Source of the DNA: Candidatus Wirthbacteria bacterium
Lineage (GTDB): Bacteria > Patescibacteriota > CG2-30-54-11
Direction: 5' to 3'
NCBI GenBank assembly: GCA_903889905.1
Contig: CAISZI010000050.1
Location: forward strand, 45,294 to 109,293
DNA: 64,000 nt
Shown here: positions 29,593 through 39,706 of the stretch, one piece after another
How the letters are laid out: every line of letters starts with the position of its first letter
Position numbering within the stretch: position 1 is the first letter of the stretch
The notes under the pieces: generated by a model
Seen by the model: the letters and a program-made list of their open reading frames with translations, nothing else
What the model was told of the DNA's origin: nothing
The model's database searches: none
Made by a program: the position numbers and the translations under genes

Positions 29593-30276
29593 ATGAAAAA
29601 AATCCTCCTGATCGAAGACAATGCCCAGATTCGTCAGACCATCCGTGACTTTCTGGATGCCAAAGGCTATTTCGTCGTGGAAATTGACAACGGCACAACC
29701 GCAGTGCAGGCTTTTTTTGATGAACTGCCCGATCTGGTGCTGCTGGATTTGAATCTGCCTGGCAAGGATGGCGTGGATATTTGCCGCGAAATCCGCGCCA
29801 AAAGCCTGACGCCGATCATCATGATCACCGCCCGCCGCGAAGAAGCCGACCAGCTGCAGGGGCTCGATGAAGGCGCCGACGATTACATTGTCAAACCCTT
29901 TAGCCCCAAAGTGCTCGTGGTCAAAGTTGAAAAACTACTGGAACGGCCACTAGCCGAAAAACCCCAGATCGTACGGTTTCTGGACCTCGAGATCAATTCC
30001 GCCTCCCGCCAGCTCAAACGCATCCTGCCCAACAAACAATACGAAGTCATTCACCTCACGCCGGCTGAATTCAACCTGCTCGAGACGCTCGCTCTCAACA
30101 AGCACAAGGCTTATTCACGCGACGAACTGATCGATTGTGTCAGTGACGATCCCTTGGGCGCCGACATTTTTGACCGCACCATTGATTCCCATATCAAAAA
30201 TTTACGCCAAAAACTCGGCACCAAAGACTACATTCAGACTGTGCGTGGGATTGGCTACCAGGCGGCTGAGGAATAA
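29593..30276 (+). CDS. OmpR/PhoB-family response regulator
   Basis: LLIED, LLDLNLP, GADDYIVKPF, RTIDSHIKNLRQK, TVRGIGY. Confidence 0.95.
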   Translation: MKKILLIEDNAQIRQTIRDFLDAKGYFVVEIDNGTTAVQAFFDELPDLVLLDLNLPGKDGVDICREIRAKSLTPIIMITARREEADQLQGLDEGADDYIVKPFSPKVLVVKVEKLLERPLAEKPQIVRFLDLEINSASRQLKRILPNKQYEVIHLTPAEFNLLETLALNKHKAYSRDELIDCVSDDPLGADIFDRTIDSHIKNLRQKLGTKDYIQTVRGIGYQAAEE

Positions 30277-30278
30277 CC

Positions 30279-31484
30279 ATGCCCATTCATTTGCATAAGC
30301 TCAAAGTCAACCTCCGCTCCAAAATCATCTTGCTGGTCGCGGCGATGACGCTGCTCGCCATTGGCTCCGCCGCCATTATCATCAACATGCGGGTCAGCAT
30401 CGCTTTTGAAAACTTCCTCGAAAGTCAGTCCAATATCTGGCGCAGCGTCGGCAGTTTTGATCAAATGCTGAGACTCTCGCCCGACTATCGCCGCACGGTT
30501 TTTTCATCCTTTCTGGAAAGCCAGTTCAAGGAGCAAATCTGGCAGGGTCTCGCCATTGCTGGCGTGTTTTCCGTAGCCTCGGCCATCCTGTTTGGTGCCT
30601 ACCTCTCAGACCGCATCAGCGAACCGCTGCGGGAACTCAAGACCCAGGTACTGAAACTCAAGGCTTATCATCGTGGTGATCCGATCAAAATTGGCGGGGA
30701 CCCGGAAATTGCTGAAGTCAGCCACGCGTTCGAGGATTTACGTCAGGAACTTAACCGTGTCGAAGAGTTACGCAAAGATGCCATTTCCGACATGGCGCAT
30801 GAAATCATTACCCCACTGCAGTCGCTGCTGGGTACAATTGAGGGTATCGAAGAGGGTATTTACAAAGCGCCGGCCAAAATTGGCGAGATGAAACAATCTG
30901 TGGAACAAATCCGCGCCATTGTCGACGACTTTCGTTTTTTTAGCCACGCCCGCGCCAAAACCAAAGACCAGAAACTGGAAGCTGTCGAACTCAAACCCTT
31001 TGTCACCAACCTGGTCGCCACCGTGAGCCGCAGTACTGGCAACAAAAAGCTCAAATTAACCACCACGATTCCCGCTGACATCGTCCTCAACACGGACAAA
31101 CAGATGCTCAGCCACATCCTCACCAACCTGGTCAAAAACGCCGTCCAGTACACCCCCAAAGGCGAAGTCAAAGTCAGTGCCGAGACAGAAGGCAAACTGA
31201 TTTTACTCAAAGTCTCAGATACAGGACTCGGCATTGACCCCGAGGATTTACCCAATATTTTTGAACGCTTTTACCGCGGCCGACGCACACGCCCCTCCGA
31301 AGCCGGTGGCACCGGACTCGGGCTCGCCATTGTCCGTGAATACATTGACCAGTTGCATTGGCATATCGACGTCGCCTCGGTACCAGACCAGGGCACGACC
31401 TTTACCATCACCATCCCGCCTGCCCAACAGGACAAACCCGAAGCAGAACCTCAAAAAGCCTACAGCAACGGCCGCAAATCATAA
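30279..31484 (+). CDS. Sensor histidine kinase (HAMP, HisKA, HATPase)
   Basis: Two TMs, DMAHEIITPL H-box, NLVKNAVQY, DTGLGI, GTGLGLAI. Confidence 0.95.
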   Translation: MPIHLHKLKVNLRSKIILLVAAMTLLAIGSAAIIINMRVSIAFENFLESQSNIWRSVGSFDQMLRLSPDYRRTVFSSFLESQFKEQIWQGLAIAGVFSVASAILFGAYLSDRISEPLRELKTQVLKLKAYHRGDPIKIGGDPEIAEVSHAFEDLRQELNRVEELRKDAISDMAHEIITPLQSLLGTIEGIEEGIYKAPAKIGEMKQSVEQIRAIVDDFRFFSHARAKTKDQKLEAVELKPFVTNLVATVSRSTGNKKLKLTTTIPADIVLNTDKQMLSHILTNLVKNAVQYTPKGEVKVSAETEGKLILLKVSDTGLGIDPEDLPNIFERFYRGRRTRPSEAGGTGLGLAIVREYIDQLHWHIDVASVPDQGTTFTITIPPAQQDKPEAEPQKAYSNGRKS

Positions 31485-33235
31485 ACACGATATCCGGCAT
31501 TGGCATAGACGAGTGGCAGGACAAGTTGCGTGTCTGCCTCAACCACCACCAAACTGGCGCCGTATTTTTTGGCAATCATGACAAAATCAACAACACGGTT
31601 GGCTGCGTAGGCAGTTTTAAAAAATCCTCCATGCAGCGAACTGGAGTACAAACCTGCCTCACCACGATTCAAAACTTTTTGAAACGCACCGCCCGTTAAA
31701 TCATTCCACTTTTGTGTCACCGGCACTGCCCAATCGACGTTGAAGGCAGCTTCAGATGGATCCCCGGCTGTCATCACCACTGACCGCTCGGCTATGGCCC
31801 GAAAATCCGGCACATGCAAACCGCTTTGGTACGGCGGCACGATCAGTTTCGCGTCCTGCGGTGTATGCTGCCGTATCCAATCCTCGGTCGCCCACAAGTC
31901 GTTGTGCTCAGGCCAGATACGCACGCCTGGCCACCAGGTCTGCGCTACCCACATGGACACCATCATCGCGACAAATCCAACACCAGCCAGCGTCGCATAA
32001 AACCAATGCAGGCGCGGTTTGTCTTTGACCCAAAGGCCAAAAAGCAAAACCAGCATCGTTAAAAATGGCCAGACTGAGGCCCAAAGGACAAAAACACTGA
32101 TTGCCAGCCACCAGCGCAGCAGGCTTTTTTGCTCGTAAAGTTGAAAACCGTAAGCTGCCAACAGGATGTAAGTCAAAAGCAGCAAAAATGTATTGGCCCG
32201 GATCACTTGCAGTTGCACGAGCACTGTGATCGGCAGGACATGCGCTACCAAAACCGCCAGCAGGCTCAGGACCAGCAGTGCCACGACAAAATTCCGCATG
32301 ATTTGCTTGTGCCCCAAATCCGGCCATCCCAGTTTCCGCCAGGCAAACACCACCATCGCCATACTCGCAAAACCTGCCAACAAAGTTATCAAAATTTGCG
32401 GGTTCGTCATCTGCAAAAACTGATAAAACCCGTCCTGCACCACCCGCATGAACGCGAACCATGATGGATGCACCCCAAAATCAATGCCTTGGCTCACCCC
32501 GCTACGCCACAGCAGTGTTGGCAAACAGACAAGCACAGCCACAACCAGTCCAAGCAGCTTCTTGCCCAAATCACGGCGCCCGCCAAGCGCCACATCGGTT
32601 GCAAACATGGCCAGCACAAACATCGCCGACATCCAGTGCAGGTTGGCGACAAGACCCACCAACAAAAACGCCAGGACGGTTTTTGGGCGCAGATAAAGAC
32701 GGATCGAGAGCAACAGCAGTGGCAACACCACCATGCGTGGCAGCATCAACGCATCCAGCGTGCTCACGAACCCAAACGAAAACTTGGGTAACATCAGTGC
32801 CAGGACCGCCATTATCGCAATGGCCCGCCGTCCAAACATGTCCATGGCCAGCCCGTAAATCTGCGTGAAAAAGAAAAAAAGTGCGACAACAAACAAACCA
32901 AAAAATACCCATTCAATACCAAACATCCGAAACAGCGGTAGCAACAATGACCAAAAATAGGTCGGCTTGGTGTTGCGCAACAGGACAAACGGATCGTTGG
33001 GGTAGAGTGCAGGATTGAGCATCTGTTTGAGGTACGGCAAATGCACTTTCTGATCCTGGACGCCAAAGGAATACCCGTTCCACACCAGGGCAAACAGCGT
33101 GGACGCCAAGCAGAACAAAACCATGCCATTTCTGCGCCAGAATGGTTTCTGTAATATCAATTGCATTTTTTGAAGTCGATTGCCCATACCACAAAGTTCC
33201 CAAATCACCATCTTAAACTGCCACCATGCTATCAC
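31460..33235 (-). CDS. Polytopic membrane protein, possibly GT-C-like (start may be 33187)
   Basis: More than 10 TMs; DQ..HLP...NPALYPND first loop; C-terminal soluble WIRQHTPQDA...PP...FR...RS domain. Confidence 0.6.
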   Translation of the reverse strand: MIAWWQFKMVIWELCGMGNRLQKMQLILQKPFWRRNGMVLFCLASTLFALVWNGYSFGVQDQKVHLPYLKQMLNPALYPNDPFVLLRNTKPTYFWSLLLPLFRMFGIEWVFFGLFVVALFFFFTQIYGLAMDMFGRRAIAIMAVLALMLPKFSFGFVSTLDALMLPRMVVLPLLLLSIRLYLRPKTVLAFLLVGLVANLHWMSAMFVLAMFATDVALGGRRDLGKKLLGLVVAVLVCLPTLLWRSGVSQGIDFGVHPSWFAFMRVVQDGFYQFLQMTNPQILITLLAGFASMAMVVFAWRKLGWPDLGHKQIMRNFVVALLVLSLLAVLVAHVLPITVLVQLQVIRANTFLLLLTYILLAAYGFQLYEQKSLLRWWLAISVFVLWASVWPFLTMLVLLFGLWVKDKPRLHWFYATLAGVGFVAMMVSMWVAQTWWPGVRIWPEHNDLWATEDWIRQHTPQDAKLIVPPYQSGLHVPDFRAIAERSVVMTAGDPSEAAFNVDWAVPVTQKWNDLTGGAFQKVLNRGEAGLYSSSLHGGFFKTAYAANRVVDFVMIAKKYGASLVVVEADTQLVLPLVYANAGYRVYDLRPLL

Positions 33236-33394
33236 AACTTATATTCTAGAGCTGCCTGCCCAACTCTTTTTGACACAAAATCGCGATCTGGGTTTATAAT
33301 CATCCTACATAGAGTCGTATCGTAAATACGCAATGCATGCGTCTCCCCCTTTCATGGTTTGGCTGTTAGTTATTAGAATTTAGGATTTATTGCC

Positions 33395-34168
33395 TTGTCC
33401 CAAATCCACATCGGCTTCGGCCAGCAACCCAATGGTTTTTTTCCCAAACGCTACCTCGTGGCCAAAATCCAAAGCGCCCGCGCGCTCCAGGCTCAAATCG
33501 GTGGTGAGATCATCTTTTTTTACCACGACAGCGATCACGATTACCGCGAAACCGTGACACCACTCATCGACAAAGCCAACGGCAACCTGGTGCGGTTAAA
33601 CTTTACCCAGGAAAACAAAATTCAAAAAAAATTCTCGCCGCTCTACCGTAAACGCATACCCAGCGGCTGGCAGGAAGAAATTGCACGTAAACTGCCGACG
33701 TTTGTCGACAAGCCACTAGTGGAACTGTTCAAGACCATCCATGCCAGCACCGTAGCTGACTTTTGCCTGCAGACGTATCAGCAGATGGGGTTGCTGGAAG
33801 GGATAAAAGTGGTGCGATCGAGTGACAAGGAATTTCGAGAAACTGCAGAAGAATTGCGTGGCGACTATTTTGCCGACGTCCCATTCGAAAATGAAATCGT
33901 CCGCGCCCGCCTCCTGGACGGAAAATTCAAGCTACACCAGGGGGGCAACGAATACATTGAACTGCCTTTCCAAAATGTCTCCAAAACAGAGAAATCCTCC
34001 AGCCGGGAATCCCGCTTTGAATGGATGCAATCCGTCTTGCACCTGACACATTATGTCACCGGTGGCGGCGAAGAAAGCTACCTGGATAAAACAAAATGGC
34101 CTGAGGTGAATTTCATACTCAGAGACAGCCTGGAGAACTTACTGGAGAGTTGGACGTCTATAATGTGA
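33395..34168 (+). CDS. Minimal BshC-like protein (putative cysteine/amino-acid-adding enzyme)
   Basis: GFGQQP...AKIQSA...IFFYHDSDHDYRET and HYVTGGGEESY resemble BshC motifs GQQ...K..S...FW...DHD..E and AxxxGPGExxY; only 257 aa. Confidence 0.6.
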   Translation: MSQIHIGFGQQPNGFFPKRYLVAKIQSARALQAQIGGEIIFFYHDSDHDYRETVTPLIDKANGNLVRLNFTQENKIQKKFSPLYRKRIPSGWQEEIARKLPTFVDKPLVELFKTIHASTVADFCLQTYQQMGLLEGIKVVRSSDKEFRETAEELRGDYFADVPFENEIVRARLLDGKFKLHQGGNEYIELPFQNVSKTEKSSSRESRFEWMQSVLHLTHYVTGGGEESYLDKTKWPEVNFILRDSLENLLESWTSIM

Positions 34169-34850
34169 GCAATGCATCCGCGTCGTGGATGTTGATATTT
34201 TCCTTGCACACAAAAGGCTCCCCATAAGTCTTTTTGATCTGTTCCCCCCAGAAGCGATTGCGCTCACTGACTTTTTCAAAAACATTCGCCGTGTTGGCTT
34301 TGTGCGCAAATTGCGACTGATACGCAGTCAGAGCCTTGAGTTTTGTCTCCATACTTTCGCTGATGTCAAAAATAAACGATGGCATAAACCTGACAGCAAT
34401 ATGCGTCGTAATATAATGGAAAAACTTGTAGGGGTAATGCGGCTCAAACGGTAAATCCGTCTTGACAAACTTGGCATAGAACCGTGCCGCAATGGCCAGG
34501 CTGGAAGCCTCAATATGATCGGGATGGCCATCTTCCCAATACGGGATAAAGAGTGTTTTGGGCTTGTATTCCCGGATCACGGCGGCCAGTTTTTTTCTAT
34601 TTTCGACTGTATCAAAAATTTCACGGTTGGTGATATCCAGCGTAATCCGTTGCGTCACACCAAGGGCTTTTGCTGCTGCGGCTGCCTCTGTCATGCGAAG
34701 CTCATGCGTTCCATGCGGAGTGGGCTCGCCATCGGACAGATCCACCAGAACCACTGATTTCCCCGCCTTGGTCAAAGCAGCGATGGTACCGCCCATGCCA
34801 ATTTCGACATCATCGGGATGCGCCCCGATCGCCATTACATCGATTGCCAT
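34158..34850 (-). CDS. bshB1: PIG-L family deacetylase, BshB1-like
   Basis: AIGAHPDDVEIGMGGTIA, VDLSDGE, R..EA..AA..LG, HPDH, AYQSQF, YGEPF. Confidence 0.8.
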   Translation of the reverse strand: MAIDVMAIGAHPDDVEIGMGGTIAALTKAGKSVVLVDLSDGEPTPHGTHELRMTEAAAAAKALGVTQRITLDITNREIFDTVENRKKLAAVIREYKPKTLFIPYWEDGHPDHIEASSLAIAARFYAKFVKTDLPFEPHYPYKFFHYITTHIAVRFMPSFIFDISESMETKLKALTAYQSQFAHKANTANVFEKVSERNRFWGEQIKKTYGEPFVCKENINIHDADALLTL

Positions 34851-35566
34851 TTTTGCTTCTCCTGCTCTAATATTTGTTGATAATAATGAAGTCGTTTACT
34901 GGGGTCATCCAATTCTGCCCCAAAAGACCGTCGCACATGAAAATAAATCCGATCAACGGCAATTTCTTTGACTTTCATGCCCAAAAAATAAGCCTGAATC
35001 CAAAGTTGCAAAGGAAAGGCATAACCCATTTCAGTCAGCGAGAACTTATTCAGGGCGGAAACCTGGTAAGCCTTGAATCCACAAAAAGCATCCGTAATGT
35101 CAAATTGGGTTAACCGATTGATCCATTCTGATACTGTCAAATTGATGGCTGGTCGATCCTGTGGCGGCTTTCCAATCACTCGGCTATTGGGAAGATAACG
35201 ACTTCCCGACACAATATCTACATTTTTTAGCGCTGCAAAAAACTGTGGCAGATAGGCTGGTTCGTGTTGAGCATCGCAGTCCATGGTCACCACATCATCA
35301 TAATCATTGGAAATAGCATAAGTAAAAGCATCCAGCAGTGATTTTCCATACCCCTGATTGCTGGAATGGTGAATGACTTCCACCCGTCGCCGGTGGTTTT
35401 TCCAGATGAGTGGAATGGATCGATCAGTGGATCCATCGTCAACGATCAGGATGTCGTTGTGATAAAACTTTCGAATTTGATTCAAAACTCTAACGACCGT
35501 TTTTTCTTCATTATAAAGTGGAATGATCACTAAATGCCTAAAAGGCGTGCGCGGATTGCATAGCAT
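34835..35566 (-). CDS. Glycosyltransferase family 2 (DPM1/ArnC-like)
   Basis: IIPLYNEE, VDDGSTD, NQGYG, MDCDAQH, IVSGSRY, TDAFCGFKAY; overlaps bshB1 start. Confidence 0.9.
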   Translation of the reverse strand: MLCNPRTPFRHLVIIPLYNEEKTVVRVLNQIRKFYHNDILIVDDGSTDRSIPLIWKNHRRRVEVIHHSSNQGYGKSLLDAFTYAISNDYDDVVTMDCDAQHEPAYLPQFFAALKNVDIVSGSRYLPNSRVIGKPPQDRPAINLTVSEWINRLTQFDITDAFCGFKAYQVSALNKFSLTEMGYAFPLQLWIQAYFLGMKVKEIAVDRIYFHVRRSFGAELDDPSKRLHYYQQILEQEKQKWQSM

Positions 35567-35610
35567 GTGTATAATGTCCTTACCTTAATCACTTGGTATG
35601 AGTAAATACG

Positions 35611-37380
35611 ATGACTTCACTGCAATTCTTTCTCTCTTTCCTGTCCAACAAAAAACGCCGTCTAGTGTTCATCTCTTTTTTGGCCATGGTTTTCCAGGTC
35701 TTTTCGCTGAGTGAAGCTTTTTTATACAAAGTCTTGATTGATAATTACCTGACCAGAATTGCCTCAATCTCATCAGCGACTTTCTTTCGAGGCGTCATCA
35801 TCATTATGATCCTCTGGGTCAGCATTGCCTTTATTGCCAGGTTAGCCAAGCTCAGCCAACGCTATTTTGCCAAACTGCTGGCCAACCAAATCGGCATCGA
35901 AGTCTTTGAGCAAGGCTATAAACATGCCATCAATCTGTCCTTGGATTACCATGAAGTGCGAAAAACCGGGGAAGTACTGCGCAAACTCTCAAAAGCCAAG
36001 GATGACGCCGAGTCAACGATCATTGCCATTTTTGACAATCTGATCATCCAATCGGTTTCCTTCATTATAGTCACCATCCTGTTTTTTGTCATCCGTTGGC
36101 AAATCGCGTTGATGATGCTTTGCTTTATCCCTATTTTTCTCATCATTTCCCGGTATTTTTCGCAGAATATCGGCACGATCCAGGACCAGAACAATATCAA
36201 ACTGGAAAAAGCGCACGGTTCGGTGCAACAGGCCTTGGATGCCATCATGGTCGTTCATTCCTTTAATCGCCAAAGCAAGGAAGTCCAAAACCTGCAGTAC
36301 AACCACCAACTCTCCACCGAAGCAGTGCGTGACAAAAATCGGGTCTGGCAGAGATTTGGTTTTGTGCAGGGAACGTTCATCAACCTGGCCAGGCTCACGG
36401 TCATTGCTACCAGTGCTTACTTTGTTTATATGGGACAAATGACGATCGGTCAGATCATCCTCCTTTCCACCTGGTCGTTTTACATTTTTGGTCCCATGCT
36501 GGATGTCTCCGAACTGATCGGCACGGTCAAAGAGGGATTGAGTTCCCTCGGTCGTGTTAACGACTTGCTCGCTGTGCCTGTCATGATCAATTCTCCGGCA
36601 ACACCTTTTCATCCAACCCCATCCATGCTTCCTGCCGTTAGCATGGAGCATGTTTCCTTCTCCTACCCGCTGCAGTCTCACAAAATCATCGACGACATCA
36701 GTTTTGCAGTGGCACCCGGAAAAAAAGTTGCAATCGTCGGGCCATCCGGAGCCGGAAAATCAACTATTACCAAAATGATTCTGCGCTTTTATGATGTTAC
36801 AGGGGGAAAAATACTTGTCGGTAATGAGGACATCCGGAATTGGGATCTGGAATCTTTAAGGGATGCCATTGGTTTGGTGCTCCAAGACAGCATTCTTTTT
36901 AATGATTCCATTTTCAATAATATCCGTTATGGCAAACTGGATGCCACCAAAGCAGAAGTTATCTCTGCTGCCCAACGAGCCTATTGCCATGATTTTATCG
37001 TTTCACTTCCCGAAGGTTATGATACGATCGTTGGTGACCGGGGAATAAAACTCTCGGGTGGTGAGAAACAACGTGTCTCGATTGCCCGCACCTTGCTCAA
37101 AAATCCCCATATCCTGATCCTGGACGAAGCCACCTCCTCCCTCGACAGCGAATCAGAGGTAATCGTCCAGCAGGCCTTGAACGAACTCTCCCGTAATCGT
37201 ACGACGATCACCATTGCTCATCGACTTTCGACCATTATGAACAGCGATGAAATCCTTTTTCTCCAAAATGGCAAAATCACCGAACGCGGGACGCATGACA
37301 AACTTCTTGCTCTTGGTGGAAAGTACAAACAATACATTGACCTGCAAAAAAAACGAGAAGCTTTTCCGTCTGCCAACTAA
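35611..37380 (+). CDS. ABC half-transporter (TMD+NBD), Atm1/MsbA-like exporter
   Basis: LSLDYHEVRKTGEV TMD motif, GPSGAGKST, LSGGEKQR, ILDEATS, IAHRLST. Confidence 0.92.
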   Translation: MTSLQFFLSFLSNKKRRLVFISFLAMVFQVFSLSEAFLYKVLIDNYLTRIASISSATFFRGVIIIMILWVSIAFIARLAKLSQRYFAKLLANQIGIEVFEQGYKHAINLSLDYHEVRKTGEVLRKLSKAKDDAESTIIAIFDNLIIQSVSFIIVTILFFVIRWQIALMMLCFIPIFLIISRYFSQNIGTIQDQNNIKLEKAHGSVQQALDAIMVVHSFNRQSKEVQNLQYNHQLSTEAVRDKNRVWQRFGFVQGTFINLARLTVIATSAYFVYMGQMTIGQIILLSTWSFYIFGPMLDVSELIGTVKEGLSSLGRVNDLLAVPVMINSPATPFHPTPSMLPAVSMEHVSFSYPLQSHKIIDDISFAVAPGKKVAIVGPSGAGKSTITKMILRFYDVTGGKILVGNEDIRNWDLESLRDAIGLVLQDSILFNDSIFNNIRYGKLDATKAEVISAAQRAYCHDFIVSLPEGYDTIVGDRGIKLSGGEKQRVSIARTLLKNPHILILDEATSSLDSESEVIVQQALNELSRNRTTITIAHRLSTIMNSDEILFLQNGKITERGTHDKLLALGGKYKQYIDLQKKREAFPSAN

Positions 37381-37400
37381 TTATTAATCGGAAATGAGCC

Positions 37401-37697
37401 ATGCCACAAATCATTGACCTCGAGACACAACAGAAACTTCCCGCCAATTGCTTCATTTTCAAACATGGAACAGACTGTGTGATTTCATCCAATGCCGCCC
37501 GTATCGTTCGCAGCCTGAATACCGATTTACCTATCTACTGGATTAATGTCAAACAAAACCGCGAAATCTCCACATGGATTGCCACCGAGTATCAAGTTGA
37601 ACACGACTGGCCTCAACTGATTAAGGTCGTTGATGGTAAAGTCGTCAAAACACTGACGCATTACTTCATCAGTGAACGCAATCTGAACAAGGACTGA
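37401..37697 (+). CDS. YtxJ/BrxC monothiol bacilliredoxin-like protein, divergent copy
   Basis: FIFKHGTDCVIS, R.IS..IA..Y.VEHDWPQ; paralog of 37869..38165. Confidence 0.75.
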   Translation: MPQIIDLETQQKLPANCFIFKHGTDCVISSNAARIVRSLNTDLPIYWINVKQNREISTWIATEYQVEHDWPQLIKVVDGKVVKTLTHYFISERNLNKD

Positions 37698-37727
37698 CTT
37701 CCCCGGACTGCTTGCGACACAATCTGT

Positions 37728-37832
37728 GGTAAAATCATCGAGCGCGGCACCCACGACCAGCTCATCCAAATCGGTGGCAAATACAAACAATACATTGATC
37801 TGCAGAAAAAAAGACAAGCACTCACCGCCTGA
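37728..37832 (+). pseudogene. Remnant 3' end of a second ABC half-transporter copy
   Basis: Translates to GKIIERGTHDQLIQIGGKYKQYIDLQKKRQALTA*, versus GKITERGTHDKLLALGGKYKQYIDLQKKREAFPSAN* at the end of 35611..37380. Confidence 0.85.
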
Positions 37833-37868
37833 TCGACCCGACATTACTTATTACCAACTGTTTGTACC

Positions 37869-38165
37869 ATGGCCCAAATCATCGACCTCACCGCTTCCCA
37901 GGAACTTCCTGCCGACTGCTACATTTACAAACATTCCACACGCTGTCCGATTTCAGCTTCGGTCGCCAGAACACTGCGCAAATTTGAAACTGACCTGCCC
38001 ATCTATTGGATTAACTGCCTGGAGAGCCCAGCCATTTCCGACTGGGTTGCCCACAAGTATCATGTCGAACACGAAACCCCGCAACTGATCAAAGTCCAGG
38101 AAGGCAAAGTCGTCAACACCCTCGCCCACTACTTTATCAGCGATCGTAACCTGCAAAAGGCCTGA
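37869..38165 (+). CDS. ytxJ: YtxJ/BrxC monothiol bacilliredoxin
   Basis: YKHSTRCPIS and VEHETPQ match the YtxJ/DUF2847 motifs KHSxxCPIS and HE(S/T)PQ. Confidence 0.8.
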   Translation: MAQIIDLTASQELPADCYIYKHSTRCPISASVARTLRKFETDLPIYWINCLESPAISDWVAHKYHVEHETPQLIKVQEGKVVNTLAHYFISDRNLQKA

Positions 38166-38166
38166 C

Positions 38167-38970
38167 ATGCCGGAACTTCCCGAAGTCCAAACCGTGGTAA
38201 CTGGCCTGCAACAGATTGTCGGCAAAACCATTCTGTCTTGGCGCGAGCTGCGTTCGGGCACGGTGCTCCAACACCTGCCGTCCAATACGTCCGCCCAGCA
38301 CCTGGGAATCATCAAAACGGTCACACGTCGTGGCAAGTACATCCTGATCACCACTTCAACACAAATAACCGTCGTCATTCACTTACGCATGACAGGACGG
38401 CTGCTCATGAAAAATAAAAACGCTCCGTTGGCCAAACACACCCAGGCACTGATCCAGTTTCAGGACAACACCTGCCTGCACTTTGTTGACCCGCGTACCT
38501 TTGGCAAAATAGAAATCTACCCTCACGACCAGCAACCACACGCATTGCAAGTCATGGGCCCGGAACCACTAGAGAGTGCTTTCAATCCCGCTTATCTGTT
38601 GGCACTAACCAGGCGCCGCACGGCACCGATTAAGAACCTGATACTCAACCAGAGCGTCGTGGCTGGGCTCGGCAATATCTATGTTTGTGAAGCACTCTAC
38701 CGCGCCCGTATCCGGCCCCAGAGGACGGCAGCAAGCCTGACCCTCCCCGAAGCAAAACGTCTTTATCAGGCTATTGTGGACCTACTCGCGGCAGCAATTG
38801 CTCACCAGGGCACCACTTTTTCTGACTACCGCACGATCCGCGACCAGTCCGGCAATTTTCAACAATTCCTGCGCGTTTATCACAAAAACACATGCCCTGA
38901 GGGCCACATTATTAAAATCATCCGCCAGGCTGGCCGGTCATCTTTTTATTGCCCAACCTGTCAAAAATAG
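38167..38970 (+). CDS. mutM: Formamidopyrimidine-DNA glycosylase
   Basis: MPELPEV, RRGKY, HLRMTG, DPRTFG, GLGNIY, C-terminal CPTCQ zinc finger. Confidence 0.96.
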   Translation: MPELPEVQTVVTGLQQIVGKTILSWRELRSGTVLQHLPSNTSAQHLGIIKTVTRRGKYILITTSTQITVVIHLRMTGRLLMKNKNAPLAKHTQALIQFQDNTCLHFVDPRTFGKIEIYPHDQQPHALQVMGPEPLESAFNPAYLLALTRRRTAPIKNLILNQSVVAGLGNIYVCEALYRARIRPQRTAASLTLPEAKRLYQAIVDLLAAAIAHQGTTFSDYRTIRDQSGNFQQFLRVYHKNTCPEGHIIKIIRQAGRSSFYCPTCQK

Positions 38971-39096
38971 TTACCATGCCTCTACTCCATGCAAAGCACT
39001 GGCATGTCGCTTGCATCAACAAAGAGCACTAGACAAATATTCATACGCGCGCTATATTAGTATAGTCAACATGTTAATCAATATCAAAGGAACGTT

Positions 39097-39585
39097 ATGT
39101 TAACCCCCAAACTCAAAGCTGAGCTCAACAACCAGATCAAGCATGAAACCGCTTCGGCGTTCGCCTATGCCGCCATGGAATCCTATTTCCAAACCCAAAG
39201 CCTGAGCGGTTTTGCCCATTTCTTCCGCCTGCAAGGCAAAGAAGAGCTGAACCACGCCAGCAAATTTGTTGAATTCCTGTTTGACCGTGGCGAAGGCGTC
39301 ACCTACCAGACCATTGAAGCTCCCAAAGCTGAATTCACCTCAGTGCCGGAAATCTTCGACGCTGCACTCAAGCATGAACAGTTCATCACCAGCCGCATCA
39401 ACCTGCTCATGGATCTCGCCATCGCCGAAAAGGACTATCCCACTCAATCGTTCCTCAAATGGTTTGTCGACGAACAGGTCGAAGAAGAACAAAACATGCA
39501 AACCATCATCGACCAACTCAAACTCTCTGGCGGCCACGGCGGCGCACTGCTGATGCTTGACCATCGCCTGGGCAAAAGAGAATAA
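39097..39585 (+). CDS. ftnA: Non-heme ferritin
   Basis: LNNQIKHE, GFAHFF, EELNHA, HEQFIT, FLKWFVDEQVEEE. Confidence 0.94.
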   Translation: MLTPKLKAELNNQIKHETASAFAYAAMESYFQTQSLSGFAHFFRLQGKEELNHASKFVEFLFDRGEGVTYQTIEAPKAEFTSVPEIFDAALKHEQFITSRINLLMDLAIAEKDYPTQSFLKWFVDEQVEEEQNMQTIIDQLKLSGGHGGALLMLDHRLGKRE

Positions 39586-39610
39586 GACTCAGATCAACAA
39601 TTTTTCCCAT

Positions 39611-39637
39611 AAACAGCGCCCATTAGGGCGCTGTTTT
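39611..39637. terminator. Intrinsic terminator after ferritin
   Basis: AAACAGCGCCC-ATTA-GGGCGCTGTTTT. Confidence 0.75.
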
Positions 39638-39706
39638 GCATCTGTGGCAAAAAAGATACTTTGCAGGTATAATTACTATCCTGCCTTTTTTTAATGAGCT
39701 TCCAGT

